This document shows, piece after piece, positions 54,627-63,777 of a stretch of DNA of 64,000 nucleotides (position 1 is its first letter; every line of letters starts with the position of its first letter). This stretch comes from an uncultured Eubacteriales bacterium (GTDB lineage: Bacteria; Bacillota; Clostridia; Oscillospirales; JAKOTC01), in contig CAZPLU010000010.1 of the NCBI GenBank assembly GCA_964587625.1, positions 2,135 through 66,134 of the forward strand, in the 5' to 3' direction. A model generated the notes under the pieces. That model made no database searches, was not told the origin of the DNA, and saw only the letters and a program-made list of their open reading frames with translations. A program made the translations under genes and the position numbers.

Positions 54627-55862
54627 ATGACACTTTTTGAAGAACTGAAAGCCCGTGAACTCGTGGCGCAGACCACCGACGAGCAATTGATCGCCGAAAA
54701 ACTTGAGAAGGACTGCGTCACTTTTTATGTGGGTTTTGATCCGACCGCGGACAGTTTACACGTCGGTCACCTGCTTGCGATCGTCTCGATGGCGCGTCTG
54801 CAGCGTGCGGGACACAAGCCGATCGCGCTGATCGGCGGCGGCACGGCCATGGTCGGCGACCCGTCGGGCCGCAGCGATATGCGGCAGATGCTCACAAAAG
54901 AACAGATCGATTATAACGGCAGCCGCTTTGTCCGACAGATGTCGTCGATTTTGGATTTTTCGAGCGGCAGGCCCAATCAGGCGATTTTGGTCAACAACGC
55001 CGACTGGCTGTTAAAACTCAATTATATCGACTTTTTGCGCGAAATCGGCGCGCATTTTTCGGTCAACCGGATGCTGACCTTCGAGTGCTATAAATCGCGG
55101 ATGGAAAAGGGCCTCTCTTTTATCGAATTCAACTATATGCCCATGCAGAGCTACGATTTTTTGATGCTGTTCCGCGACTACGGCTGCACGATGCAGTTCG
55201 GCGGCGACGACCAGTGGTCGAACATTCTCGGCGGCACCGAATTGATCCGCCGCATCGAGGGCGCCGACGCGAACGCGATGACTTTTAACCTGCTTTTGAC
55301 CGGGGAAGGCAAAAAGATGGGCAAGACCGCGAAGGGCGCGGTCTGGCTGGACCCCGAGAAAACCACGCCGTATGACTTTTTCCAATATTGGCGCAACGTC
55401 GACGACGCCGATGTCATCAGGATCATGAAGATGCTCACTTTTATCCCGCTCGGGCAGATCCAGCAGTACGAAAAAGCCGCCGGAAGCGAACTGAACGCCG
55501 TCAAGGAGACGCTCGCCTACGAGCTCACCGCCATGATCCACGGCAAAGAGGCGGCGGACGGCTGCCTGACGGCTGCAAAAGCCCTGTTCGGCGGCGGCGG
55601 GGATCTTGAAAATATGCCCTCAACTGAAATCATCAAAGAGGACTTCGACACGGACGGCATCGAAGTGCTGAAGCTGCTGACTTTGTCCAAACTCGCCCCC
55701 TCGCGCGGGGAGGGTCGCCGTTTGATCGAACAGGGCGGCATCAGCGTCGACGACGAAAAGATCACGTCGTTCACCGCCAAAATACCGTTCGCCGAATTTG
55801 AAAAAGGTCATGTGATCGTCAAAAAGGGCAAAAAGGTCTTCCATAAAATCATTTTGAAATAA
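54627..55862 (+). CDS. tyrS: Tyrosine--tRNA ligase
   Basis: Start trimmed to the ATG at 54627 after GAAGGAG (MTLFEELKAREL). It has the HIGH-type motif SLHVGHL, the KMSKS-type motif KKMGKT and a C-terminal S4 domain. Confidence 0.95.
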   Translation: MTLFEELKARELVAQTTDEQLIAEKLEKDCVTFYVGFDPTADSLHVGHLLAIVSMARLQRAGHKPIALIGGGTAMVGDPSGRSDMRQMLTKEQIDYNGSRFVRQMSSILDFSSGRPNQAILVNNADWLLKLNYIDFLREIGAHFSVNRMLTFECYKSRMEKGLSFIEFNYMPMQSYDFLMLFRDYGCTMQFGGDDQWSNILGGTELIRRIEGADANAMTFNLLLTGEGKKMGKTAKGAVWLDPEKTTPYDFFQYWRNVDDADVIRIMKMLTFIPLGQIQQYEKAAGSELNAVKETLAYELTAMIHGKEAADGCLTAAKALFGGGGDLENMPSTEIIKEDFDTDGIEVLKLLTLSKLAPSRGEGRRLIEQGGISVDDEKITSFTAKIPFAEFEKGHVIVKKGKKVFHKIILK

Positions 55863-55873
55863 AAGAGGTCATT

Positions 55874-56425
55874 ATGAATTTCGAAAAGATCAGCGAATTG
55901 CTGAGCCCATACGGATTGAATCAGATTTCCGAAATTCCGGTCGATTCCATCGCCATCGAAGACGAAGTACGTAAAAACTGCGAAGTCAACGCCTGCGGCA
56001 GATACGGCAAGACCTGGGGCTGCCCTCCGGGCATCGGTTCCATCGCCGAATGGAAAGAAAAAATCGCGGCCTTTTCACGCGCGGTCATGTTCAATTATGT
56101 CGGTAATATCGAGGACTCTTACGATTTTGAGGGTATGCAGAAAATCGGCGAAAAATTCACCGAAATCGTCAGTTCAATCGATCGGAAACTGCGCGGGACC
56201 GGCGAAAAATATCTGTTGTTCGGCGCGGGCAGCTGCTCGATCTGCGAAAAATGCACCTATCCCGAAGCGCCCTGCAAGTTCCCCGAAAAAATGATCCCGT
56301 CGATGGAATCGTGCGGTATGTTTGTCGCAAAAATGGCCGAGCCCAACGGGTTTAAATACATAAACGGCGCCAACACCGTCACCTATTTCGGTATCGTCTT
56401 ATATCAAATACAGGAAGGCAAGTAA
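55874..56425 (+). CDS. DUF2284-type predicted metal-binding protein
   Basis: 183 aa. It has CEVNACGRYGKTWGCPP and CSICEKCTYPEAPC cysteine clusters. Confidence 0.7.
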   Translation: MNFEKISELLSPYGLNQISEIPVDSIAIEDEVRKNCEVNACGRYGKTWGCPPGIGSIAEWKEKIAAFSRAVMFNYVGNIEDSYDFEGMQKIGEKFTEIVSSIDRKLRGTGEKYLLFGAGSCSICEKCTYPEAPCKFPEKMIPSMESCGMFVAKMAEPNGFKYINGANTVTYFGIVLYQIQEGK

Positions 56426-56451
56426 CTATTTGTGAAAGGATCACCGTATTC

Positions 56452-57741
56452 ATGGACATCACAATCAATCAATCCGGAGAGCTGACGCTCGGGGGCATAG
56501 CCGCTCCAACGCTCGCCAAACAATATCAAACCCCGCTCTATGTTATGGAAGAGGATAAGATTCTCTCGGCGATCAGGGCTTATAAAGATCATTTTGCGAA
56601 ATATTATCCGGGTAAAGCCGTCATTTGCTACGCCAGCAAGGCCTTTGCCTGCAAAGAGATGTACCGCATCTGCGAACGCGAGGGCATCTGCGCCGACGTG
56701 GTCTCGGGCGGCGAACTCGCAACCGCGCTTGCGGCGGACTTCCCGGCCGAACGGGCGTTTTTCCACGGCAACAATAAAACGCGGGAGGAACTGACACTCG
56801 CAATCAACTCCGGCGTCGGCATGATTATCATCGACAATCTCACCGAGCTCGAGCGCGTCGAGGAGATCAGCGTCACGCTCAACAAGCTCACAAGGGTCTC
56901 ATTCCGCATAAAACCCGGCATTGAAGCGCACACCCACGAATATGTCAAAACAGGCCAGATCGATTCAAAATTCGGCCTTGCGCTCGAAAACGGAGAGGCG
57001 ATCGAGGCCATACGCCGCCTCTGCTCGAATTACGCGCATCTTGAACTCGTCGGGCTGCACGCACACATCGGCTCGCAAATTTTCGATGCGCAGCCGTTTA
57101 TGGAGACGGCGCGTGTCATGCTGCGTTTCCTCAAAACCGTCAAAGAAAACACGGGCAAAACGCTCAGACACCTGTCGCTCGGCGGCGGATTCGGCGTCAG
57201 ATATACCGATTCAGACAACCCGATGCCGCTTGAAAAAACCATCAAAATGATCTCCGAAACGGTCGCGGACGAATGCGCAAAATTGCAACTCGAACTGCCC
57301 GAACTCTCGGTCGAACCGGGCCGCAGCATCGTCGGCGAAGCCGGAACGACGCTGTATACGGTCGGAAGCGTCAAGGAGATTGCGGGTGTGCGCAACTATA
57401 TCGCCATCGACGGCGGCATGACCGATAACCCCCGTTACGCGCTCTACGGCTCGAAATACACCGTTTTGATCGCGAACAGAGCGGGGGAAAAAAAGGACTA
57501 TATCGCCGCGATCGCGGGTCGCTGCTGCGAGTCGGGCGACCTGATCGGCAAGGATATGGAGATTCAAATACCGGTACCGGGCGACATCATGGCGGTTTTG
57601 ACGACGGGCGCGTATAATTATACCATGGCGTCCAACTATAACCGTATCCCGAGACCCGCCGTGGTCTTTGTCAAAGACGGTGAGAGCCGCATTGTCATCA
57701 AACGTGAGACCTACGCGGATTTACACCGCCTGGATGTGTAA
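56452..57741 (+). CDS. lysA: Diaminopimelate decarboxylase
   Basis: 429 aa, a fold-type III PLP enzyme with YASKAF, HAHIGSQ, GGGFGV and CESGD motifs. Confidence 0.94.
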   Translation: MDITINQSGELTLGGIAAPTLAKQYQTPLYVMEEDKILSAIRAYKDHFAKYYPGKAVICYASKAFACKEMYRICEREGICADVVSGGELATALAADFPAERAFFHGNNKTREELTLAINSGVGMIIIDNLTELERVEEISVTLNKLTRVSFRIKPGIEAHTHEYVKTGQIDSKFGLALENGEAIEAIRRLCSNYAHLELVGLHAHIGSQIFDAQPFMETARVMLRFLKTVKENTGKTLRHLSLGGGFGVRYTDSDNPMPLEKTIKMISETVADECAKLQLELPELSVEPGRSIVGEAGTTLYTVGSVKEIAGVRNYIAIDGGMTDNPRYALYGSKYTVLIANRAGEKKDYIAAIAGRCCESGDLIGKDMEIQIPVPGDIMAVLTTGAYNYTMASNYNRIPRPAVVFVKDGESRIVIKRETYADLHRLDV

Positions 57742-57761
57742 CCCCGCGAAAGGACGGCATT

Positions 57762-58475
57762 ATGAACTGCTATGACGGATTGGCGCGATTTTACGATGAA
57801 TTGATGGATTTCGATTACGCCGCTTTGTGTGACTATTACGAATCCGTCTTTGCAAAATACAACCGCCGTCCCCATACCGTTCTCGATCTTGCCTGCGGCA
57901 CCGGAAAAGTCAGCGCAGAGCTGGTCAAACGCGGCTATGACCTCACCGGAGCCGATCTCAGCGAAAACATGCTGGCCCGGGCGCAAGTCAACTTGGCGAA
58001 TTACCCCAAAGCGCTGCTTTTGCATCAGGATATGCGCGTTCTCGATCTCAACGACACGGTCGACGCCGTTGTCTGTGCGCTCGACGGCTTCAATCATCTC
58101 TCCGATACCGCGGCCCTTGTTTCGGCGTTTCAAAGAACGGCTTTGTTTCTGAATCGAGACGGGCTGCTCATTTTCGACCTCTTTTCCGAGGAAAAGTTTT
58201 TCAGAGTTTTGCCCGAAAACATCTCGGTTTTCGATCTTGAAAATGTCTATTGCGTCTGGCAGTCCCGGCTTACGGGGAAACGTAAAATCGGACATGATCT
58301 GAACTTTTTTATCCCCGAAAAAAACGGGGGATACAGCCGTTTTGACGAACGCATCAATGAGTATTGGCACAGCCCCGCAGCGGTGAAAAACGCGTTGAAA
58401 AAAGCCGGGCTGACGCTTTTGGAAATCGATTCGGCGGATCCATTGCGAACTTTTTACATCGCGACAAAGGTATAG
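57762..58475 (+). CDS. Class I SAM-dependent methyltransferase
   Basis: 237 aa with motif I VLDLACGTGKVS followed by GADLSENML. Confidence 0.8.
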   Translation: MNCYDGLARFYDELMDFDYAALCDYYESVFAKYNRRPHTVLDLACGTGKVSAELVKRGYDLTGADLSENMLARAQVNLANYPKALLLHQDMRVLDLNDTVDAVVCALDGFNHLSDTAALVSAFQRTALFLNRDGLLIFDLFSEEKFFRVLPENISVFDLENVYCVWQSRLTGKRKIGHDLNFFIPEKNGGYSRFDERINEYWHSPAAVKNALKKAGLTLLEIDSADPLRTFYIATKV

Positions 58476-58492
58476 GCAACCCACATGAAAGG

Positions 58493-59083
58493 ATGATTAT
58501 CAGGTTGGACGAAAACGTAAATTTTTACTCATTTTCAAGGGTGGCGGTGCGCTTTTTCTTTCGAATCTTGTTCGCTATCGTGCTGTGTATCGTCATGTAC
58601 GGCACCTTTTTCAGCTTTTTTAACGCCGAATGGTATCAGCGCCTGCTGAGCGTGCTGGTTTTGACACTGCTCGTCTATATGATTTATACCGGTATGTGGA
58701 GCGTGGGCATACACGACCGCGACGAGATTTATTTCGAGCGCATGCATAGAAACCCCTATCGTGGGTTGGCGATTTCCGCGTGGGTCGGCATTCCGTATGC
58801 CGTCCTCAACACGGTCTTGCTTTTGAATTGCCTCAACGCCGCCGACGAGGTAAAATACGCAAGCACTCGGTTGATTTATCATTTGATCAATGCGCCGTTC
58901 CTGTTTATCACTTTGAATTACGATTATCACAATGTCAAAAACGCGATCATTGCCGGCATTCTGCTGCCGCTCTCCATCCTTGTCTTCGGCGGCGCCAGCT
59001 ATTATCTCGGATTGAAAAACATCTCTGTTTTGCAGATGGGCCTTTACAAGGGCGACAAACAAAACAAAAGCGGGGGGAAGTAA
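58493..59083 (+). CDS. Hypothetical polytopic membrane protein
   Basis: Start trimmed to the ATG at 58493 after GAAAGGA (MIIRLDENVNFYSF). It has about five hydrophobic helices. I do not recognise a family. Confidence 0.6.
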   Translation: MIIRLDENVNFYSFSRVAVRFFFRILFAIVLCIVMYGTFFSFFNAEWYQRLLSVLVLTLLVYMIYTGMWSVGIHDRDEIYFERMHRNPYRGLAISAWVGIPYAVLNTVLLLNCLNAADEVKYASTRLIYHLINAPFLFITLNYDYHNVKNAIIAGILLPLSILVFGGASYYLGLKNISVLQMGLYKGDKQNKSGGK

Positions 59084-59189
59084 AAATCTGCGTGCCTAAC
59101 CGGGAAAAGGCGCGCAGGTATACGGCAAGCGTTCCGTTCATATTTATAACCAATTAAAAACGCCTTTTTCAGGCGAGACGGAGTTGGGT

Positions 59190-59942
59190 ATGAACAGAAA
59201 CGGATTCAAAATCAATTACGCTTTCAGGTGGGCGGCGGCTTTGCTGACGGCGATTATTTTTATGACATTGGGGATCACGGATCATGCCGCGCGGATTTCG
59301 GTCTCCCAGAACAATGCCTCTCGCAGCACGATCGATGTGATCATCGATCCCGGGCACGGCGGCGTGGACGGGGGAGCGGTCGGCGTGACGGGCGGTATTG
59401 AAAAAGAAATCAATCTCTCCATCTCGCTGTATCTGCGTGATATCCTGACCGGCGCGGGTTTAAATGTGCTTATGACAAGGAGCACGGACATCTCCATCCA
59501 CTCCGAAAATGCCATCTCCATCCGGCAAAAAAAGACCAGCGACTTAAAAAACCGGCTTGCCATCATCAACGCCAACCCCGACGCCGTTGTTATCAGTGTA
59601 CATCAAAACAGCTTTACAGCCGGTTATGTCCACGGCACGATGATTTATTACGGAAAAACCCATCCAAACAGCAAGATCCTGGCGGAACATGTGCGTAAAT
59701 TTATCAGGATATTCCAGACGGATAATGAAAAGCAGTTGAAATCGGCGGGGAATGATCTGTATTTGATGAGCAACGCAAAAAGTCCCGCTGTTTTAATCGA
59801 ATGCGGTTTCTTATCGAATCCAAATGAGGAGGCGCTGTTAAAGTCCCGGGAATACCAGGAAAAAATGGCGCAGGCCATCGCGGACGGCACGCTTGCGTAT
59901 TTTGCCGGCCGAATTGTCGGTGAATCGGAAGTGCAGTTTTAG
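59190..59942 (+). CDS. cwlD: N-acetylmuramoyl-L-alanine amidase, CwlD-like (germination-specific)
   Basis: The ATG at 59190 is 7 nt after GGAG. It has an N-terminal TM helix, IIDPGHGGVDGGAVG, ISVHQNSF and ECGFLSNPNE (amidase_3 motifs). Its small size fits CwlD. Confidence 0.85.
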   Translation: MNRNGFKINYAFRWAAALLTAIIFMTLGITDHAARISVSQNNASRSTIDVIIDPGHGGVDGGAVGVTGGIEKEINLSISLYLRDILTGAGLNVLMTRSTDISIHSENAISIRQKKTSDLKNRLAIINANPDAVVISVHQNSFTAGYVHGTMIYYGKTHPNSKILAEHVRKFIRIFQTDNEKQLKSAGNDLYLMSNAKSPAVLIECGFLSNPNEEALLKSREYQEKMAQAIADGTLAYFAGRIVGESEVQF

Positions 59943-60013
59943 AGTGAAGCCGCTTGAAAATCAACATGAAAATAAACGGGAAGCGGTTCCATAATGGGAA
60001 GGCGGTCAAAAAC

Positions 60014-61384
60014 ATGAAGTCAAAGTCGGTATATGTCTGTCGGGAATGCGGTTACGAGACCTCAAAATGGATCGGAAAATGTCCCTCCTGCGGCGAGTGG
60101 AACACGCTGTCGGAGGAACTGCGGGAGACCACAATCGCATCCGTGAGTAAACAGAGCCGTGCGGTCATACCGCTGCGCCTTCACGAGATTCGATCCGATT
60201 CTCAAAAACGGACAAGCACCGGAATCCGTGAATTTGACCGCGTTTTGGGCGGCGGCATCGTCAGCGGCTCGCTGGTTTTGGTCGGCGGAGATCCGGGTAT
60301 CGGAAAATCCACCATCTTGCTCCAAATGTGCGCTCATTTAGGCGGCGAGGGGAGCATTCTCTACGTCTCCGGCGAGGAATCCGCACACCAAATCAAATTG
60401 CGCGCAGATCGTTTGAAAGTGGATTGTCAGGGGTTGCTCATTTGCGGCGAAACGGATATCGCTGCAGTCGCGGAGCAAATTAAAATCCAAAAACCCCAGC
60501 TTGTCATCATCGATTCGATTCAAACGATGTCACATCCGGGCGTCTCCTCGGTCATGGGGAGTGTGACACAAGTGCGAGAATGCACCAATGTGATGATGAA
60601 GATTGCAAAGACGACGGGCATTCCGATATTTTTGGTCGGTCATGTCAATAAAGACGGCGCCATCGCGGGACCGAAAGTCATGGAGCACATCGTCGACGTG
60701 GTGCTCTATTTCGAGGGAGAACGGAATTTGAGTTATCGGATTTTACGAACGGCAAAAAATCGTTTCGGCTCCACCAATGAAATCGGCGTGTTCGAGATGC
60801 TCGATACCGGGCTTGCGGAGGTCCGAAATCCCTCTGCCCAACTGCTTTCGGGGCGACCCATCAATGTCAGCGGCAGTTGTGTCGGCTGCCTGATCGAGGG
60901 TTCCAGACCCATCCTGTGTGAAGTACAAGCCCTTGTCAGTCAAGCCGGCTTCGGCAATGCCCGGCGAATGGTATCGGGATTCGATTATAACCGCTGCTGT
61001 ATGCTCATCGCGGTGCTTGAAAAACGCTGCGGACTGCGTTTCGGAGATTTTGACACCTATTTGAACGTCGTAGGCGGTCTTCGCATGGACGAACCCGCTT
61101 CCGACCTTGCGGTCTGTTTGGCGCTCGCCTCCGGCTTGACCGATAAAGCGTTAAAAGAGGATATGATCGTTTTCGGTGAAGTCGGATTGGCGGGTGAATT
61201 GCGTTCTGTCTCCAATGTGAGCCAGCGGATCGCGGAGGCCATTCAGCTCGGCTTTAACAGCTGTATTTTGCCCGCGAAGTGTTATGCGCAGATCAAAGGG
61301 CATTATCCGGACACCTTCACGCTCTATCCGGCTTCCACCTTGAACGGGGCCTTTCAATCGGCTTTTTACGGGGAACAAAACTAA
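60014..61384 (+). CDS. radA: DNA repair protein RadA/Sms
   Basis: Start trimmed to the ATG at 60014 (MKSKSVYVCRECGYETSKWIGKCPSCGEWNT, a zinc ribbon). It has Walker A GGDPGIGKST, the KNRFG motif and a Lon-like C-terminal domain. Confidence 0.95.
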   Translation: MKSKSVYVCRECGYETSKWIGKCPSCGEWNTLSEELRETTIASVSKQSRAVIPLRLHEIRSDSQKRTSTGIREFDRVLGGGIVSGSLVLVGGDPGIGKSTILLQMCAHLGGEGSILYVSGEESAHQIKLRADRLKVDCQGLLICGETDIAAVAEQIKIQKPQLVIIDSIQTMSHPGVSSVMGSVTQVRECTNVMMKIAKTTGIPIFLVGHVNKDGAIAGPKVMEHIVDVVLYFEGERNLSYRILRTAKNRFGSTNEIGVFEMLDTGLAEVRNPSAQLLSGRPINVSGSCVGCLIEGSRPILCEVQALVSQAGFGNARRMVSGFDYNRCCMLIAVLEKRCGLRFGDFDTYLNVVGGLRMDEPASDLAVCLALASGLTDKALKEDMIVFGEVGLAGELRSVSNVSQRIAEAIQLGFNSCILPAKCYAQIKGHYPDTFTLYPASTLNGAFQSAFYGEQN

Positions 61385-61415
61385 AATGAAATAAAGATAA
61401 TCCCGTTCACATATT

Positions 61416-61458
61416 CCTCCAAGACGGCGGTAACAATACAACAAAGCCGTTTTGGAGG
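61416..61458 (+). promoter_or_regulatory. Hairpin pairing an anti-SD (CCTCC) with the SD of the adaptor gene; may also terminate radA
   Basis: CCTCCAAGACGGC (61416-61428) pairs with GCCGTTTTGGAGG (61446-61458) over 13 bp with one mismatch and a 17-nt loop. GGAGG lies 7 nt before the TTG at 61466, and a TTTTT run follows. Confidence 0.4.
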
Positions 61459-61465
61459 GATATTT

Positions 61466-62464
61466 TTGCCTTTGAAAAAGAGAGCGGGGAAACGGATGGC
61501 GCTGCTTCTCGCCGCCATTCTCGCGTTTGCTGCCGCTTCGTATTTTTATTTTTCCGCAGGGATATATGTAAAGGTTAACTGCATTACACCCTTGATTACA
61601 GACAAAGCCATTCTTGTAACTGGTCTCGGATATTTGAAAGAGGGAAAACGGACGGGATATTACTTTGATATTCCGGTTAAAGTTGAACAGGTCTATGTCA
61701 AAGTGGGGGATATGGTCAAAGCGGGCGATCCGCTGTTAAAAATTGATTTGAAGGCGACACAACTCACGGCCAAAATGGCGGCTGCGGGGATTATTACGCA
61801 GGAGAGCAAATCGTTGGAAACCGCAAACATTTTGGAATTTTCTAAAAAAGTCGGCACAGACGTCAATGAAATCCTCGCGAAAGTTCCGGAATTTGTCTAT
61901 GCGGCTTATGATTGCATCATCAGCGGAGTATCGGTTCAGAGCGAGGAATATTCAAATCCTTATTCACCCTTGGTCACCATGTCGGATCGTTCTGTCATAT
62001 GCGCCGAAATCACCGTCGACGAGCGGGATGCGTCGGATATTAAAATCGGCCAGAGGGCTGTCATCAGCGGAAGTGCGCTGGGTCAAAATTATACGGCGGT
62101 CGTCACATCGGTGGCCGCAAGAGCGACGATGACCGGTACAGACGCCGGCACTTCCGGCAAGGTGGATATCAAGCTCGAACTGAGCGGCGACACCGATTCA
62201 CTGGTGATCAATTCCTTGGTCAGAGCGGACATTGTGACTTCGACACAACAAAATATAGTAATTGTCCCATATGAAGCCGTGGTTTTTTCACAGGCCGAGG
62301 ATTATGTGTTTATCAATCAAGACGGAATCGCGATAAAGAACATTGTGAAAACGGGAAGGGCGTTTGAAGACGGAATTGAGCTGATATCGGGTATTTCGGC
62401 AGATGATCGATTAATTGTTTCCGAAATCGGTAAGTTGTCAAACGGTTGCAACGTAAAAGAATAG
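61466..62464 (+). CDS. Efflux transporter periplasmic adaptor subunit (HlyD/MacA-like membrane fusion protein)
   Basis: 332 aa with a TTG start. It has an N-terminal TM helix, a lipoyl-like hairpin (VYVKVGDMVKAGDPLLKID) and beta-barrel and MP domains (NIVIVPYEAVV...YVFI). It is more AT-rich than the flanking core genes. Confidence 0.8.
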   Translation: MPLKKRAGKRMALLLAAILAFAAASYFYFSAGIYVKVNCITPLITDKAILVTGLGYLKEGKRTGYYFDIPVKVEQVYVKVGDMVKAGDPLLKIDLKATQLTAKMAAAGIITQESKSLETANILEFSKKVGTDVNEILAKVPEFVYAAYDCIISGVSVQSEEYSNPYSPLVTMSDRSVICAEITVDERDASDIKIGQRAVISGSALGQNYTAVVTSVAARATMTGTDAGTSGKVDIKLELSGDTDSLVINSLVRADIVTSTQQNIVIVPYEAVVFSQAEDYVFINQDGIAIKNIVKTGRAFEDGIELISGISADDRLIVSEIGKLSNGCNVKE

Positions 62465-62511
62465 AATTTCGAAAAAAGTGTAAACGGAGTTTTCGAAAGG
62501 ATATGATAAAA

Positions 62512-63672
62512 ATGAGAGTAAAGCTGATATACTTGTCATGCAGAAATATTTTTAATAAAAAAGCCAGGAGCGTTTTATGCATCGTCAGCGTGATGATCGG
62601 TGTTTTTTCGGTCATGTTCCTCTCGTTTTTCGGAGATTCCGGCGCGGCGGCCATCGACGGAGAATTAAAAAAGAGCGGCATCGGGGGATTATTGATCTAT
62701 AATGAAAACAACGATATCATCCCGGAACATGTCGCGCGGACCGCAGCGAACTCCGAAGCCGTACAGGAAACCGCACCGGTGACGATGGCATTTTCAGCCG
62801 TCAAGGGTTTTGAAAAAGTGAAATGCATCTCTTGGGCAATCGACGAACGGGCAAGAGAACTGATTTCCGTCGAAGCGGTGCAGGGGAGATATTTCAATAA
62901 TGCCGAGTTTAAAACGTACAGCTGTGTCTGTATGATTGACGAAGCGCTTGAGAAAACCGTTTTTAAGAATCAATCGGCGGTGGGGGAGACGCTGAACATC
63001 CTCATCGGCGCGAAATATTATGAGTTTGAAGTCGTCGGGATTGTCAAAACCGGCGGCGGCATTTTACAAAATTTCACCTCCTATATTCCCAGTATGATAT
63101 TTTTTCCCCAATATACCTTTTCAAGAATTAGCGGCATCACGGGGTATACACAGATTGCGGTCGGATTAAATGCGGAGGCGGATGCGGAAAACGCTAAATT
63201 CGAGATATCACGCCGTCTGAATGATATCATGCCGTTAAAAATAGAAAATTTAGCAAAACAAAAAGAAAACTTGAATAAAATCGCCGGAATCACCACCACG
63301 ATTCTCTCCTCGGTGGGTATGATCTCCGTGTTTGTGGCCGGTATCGGAATTATGACAACCATGTTGATGTCGGCGGAAGAACGAAAAAGAGAAATCGGTA
63401 TCAAAAAAGCCATCGGCGCCGGCAGGGGAGACATCGTCGCCGAATTTTTGGGCGAATCTGTGATTTTGATGCTCATCGGATTTATTTTGGGTCTGGTAAT
63501 TGCAATTCCGGCAACAATCATATTGGCCGAACATTTTAAAATTTCACCGGAGATCTCTATCGATAAAATCGGATTTTTTTTCATGGTCACAATTTTACTG
63601 GGGATTGTATTCGGCGGGTATCCGGCGTATAAAGCCGCATCGATGAATCCGAGCGACGCATTGACGAAATAA
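62512..63672 (+). CDS. ABC transporter permease, FtsX/MacB-type
   Basis: The track ORF starts at 62446; the ATG at 62512 (MRVKLIYLSCRNIFNKKARSVLCIVSVMIGVFSV) has the best SD spacing. It has a periplasmic MacB_PCD-like region and a C-terminal FtsX four-helix bundle (KREIGIKKAIGAGRGDIVAEFLGES). Confidence 0.82.
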   Translation: MRVKLIYLSCRNIFNKKARSVLCIVSVMIGVFSVMFLSFFGDSGAAAIDGELKKSGIGGLLIYNENNDIIPEHVARTAANSEAVQETAPVTMAFSAVKGFEKVKCISWAIDERARELISVEAVQGRYFNNAEFKTYSCVCMIDEALEKTVFKNQSAVGETLNILIGAKYYEFEVVGIVKTGGGILQNFTSYIPSMIFFPQYTFSRISGITGYTQIAVGLNAEADAENAKFEISRRLNDIMPLKIENLAKQKENLNKIAGITTTILSSVGMISVFVAGIGIMTTMLMSAEERKREIGIKKAIGAGRGDIVAEFLGESVILMLIGFILGLVIAIPATIILAEHFKISPEISIDKIGFFFMVTILLGIVFGGYPAYKAASMNPSDALTK

Positions 63673-63777
63673 AGTCCTACAGCGAAAAAGGGCAGAAAAC
63701 CGTTCTTCATAAAATATAAAACTATACAAAATAAACACGAGGTTTTGTAGGGTTTGAAGTAGAAGTGAGGATTTCAA

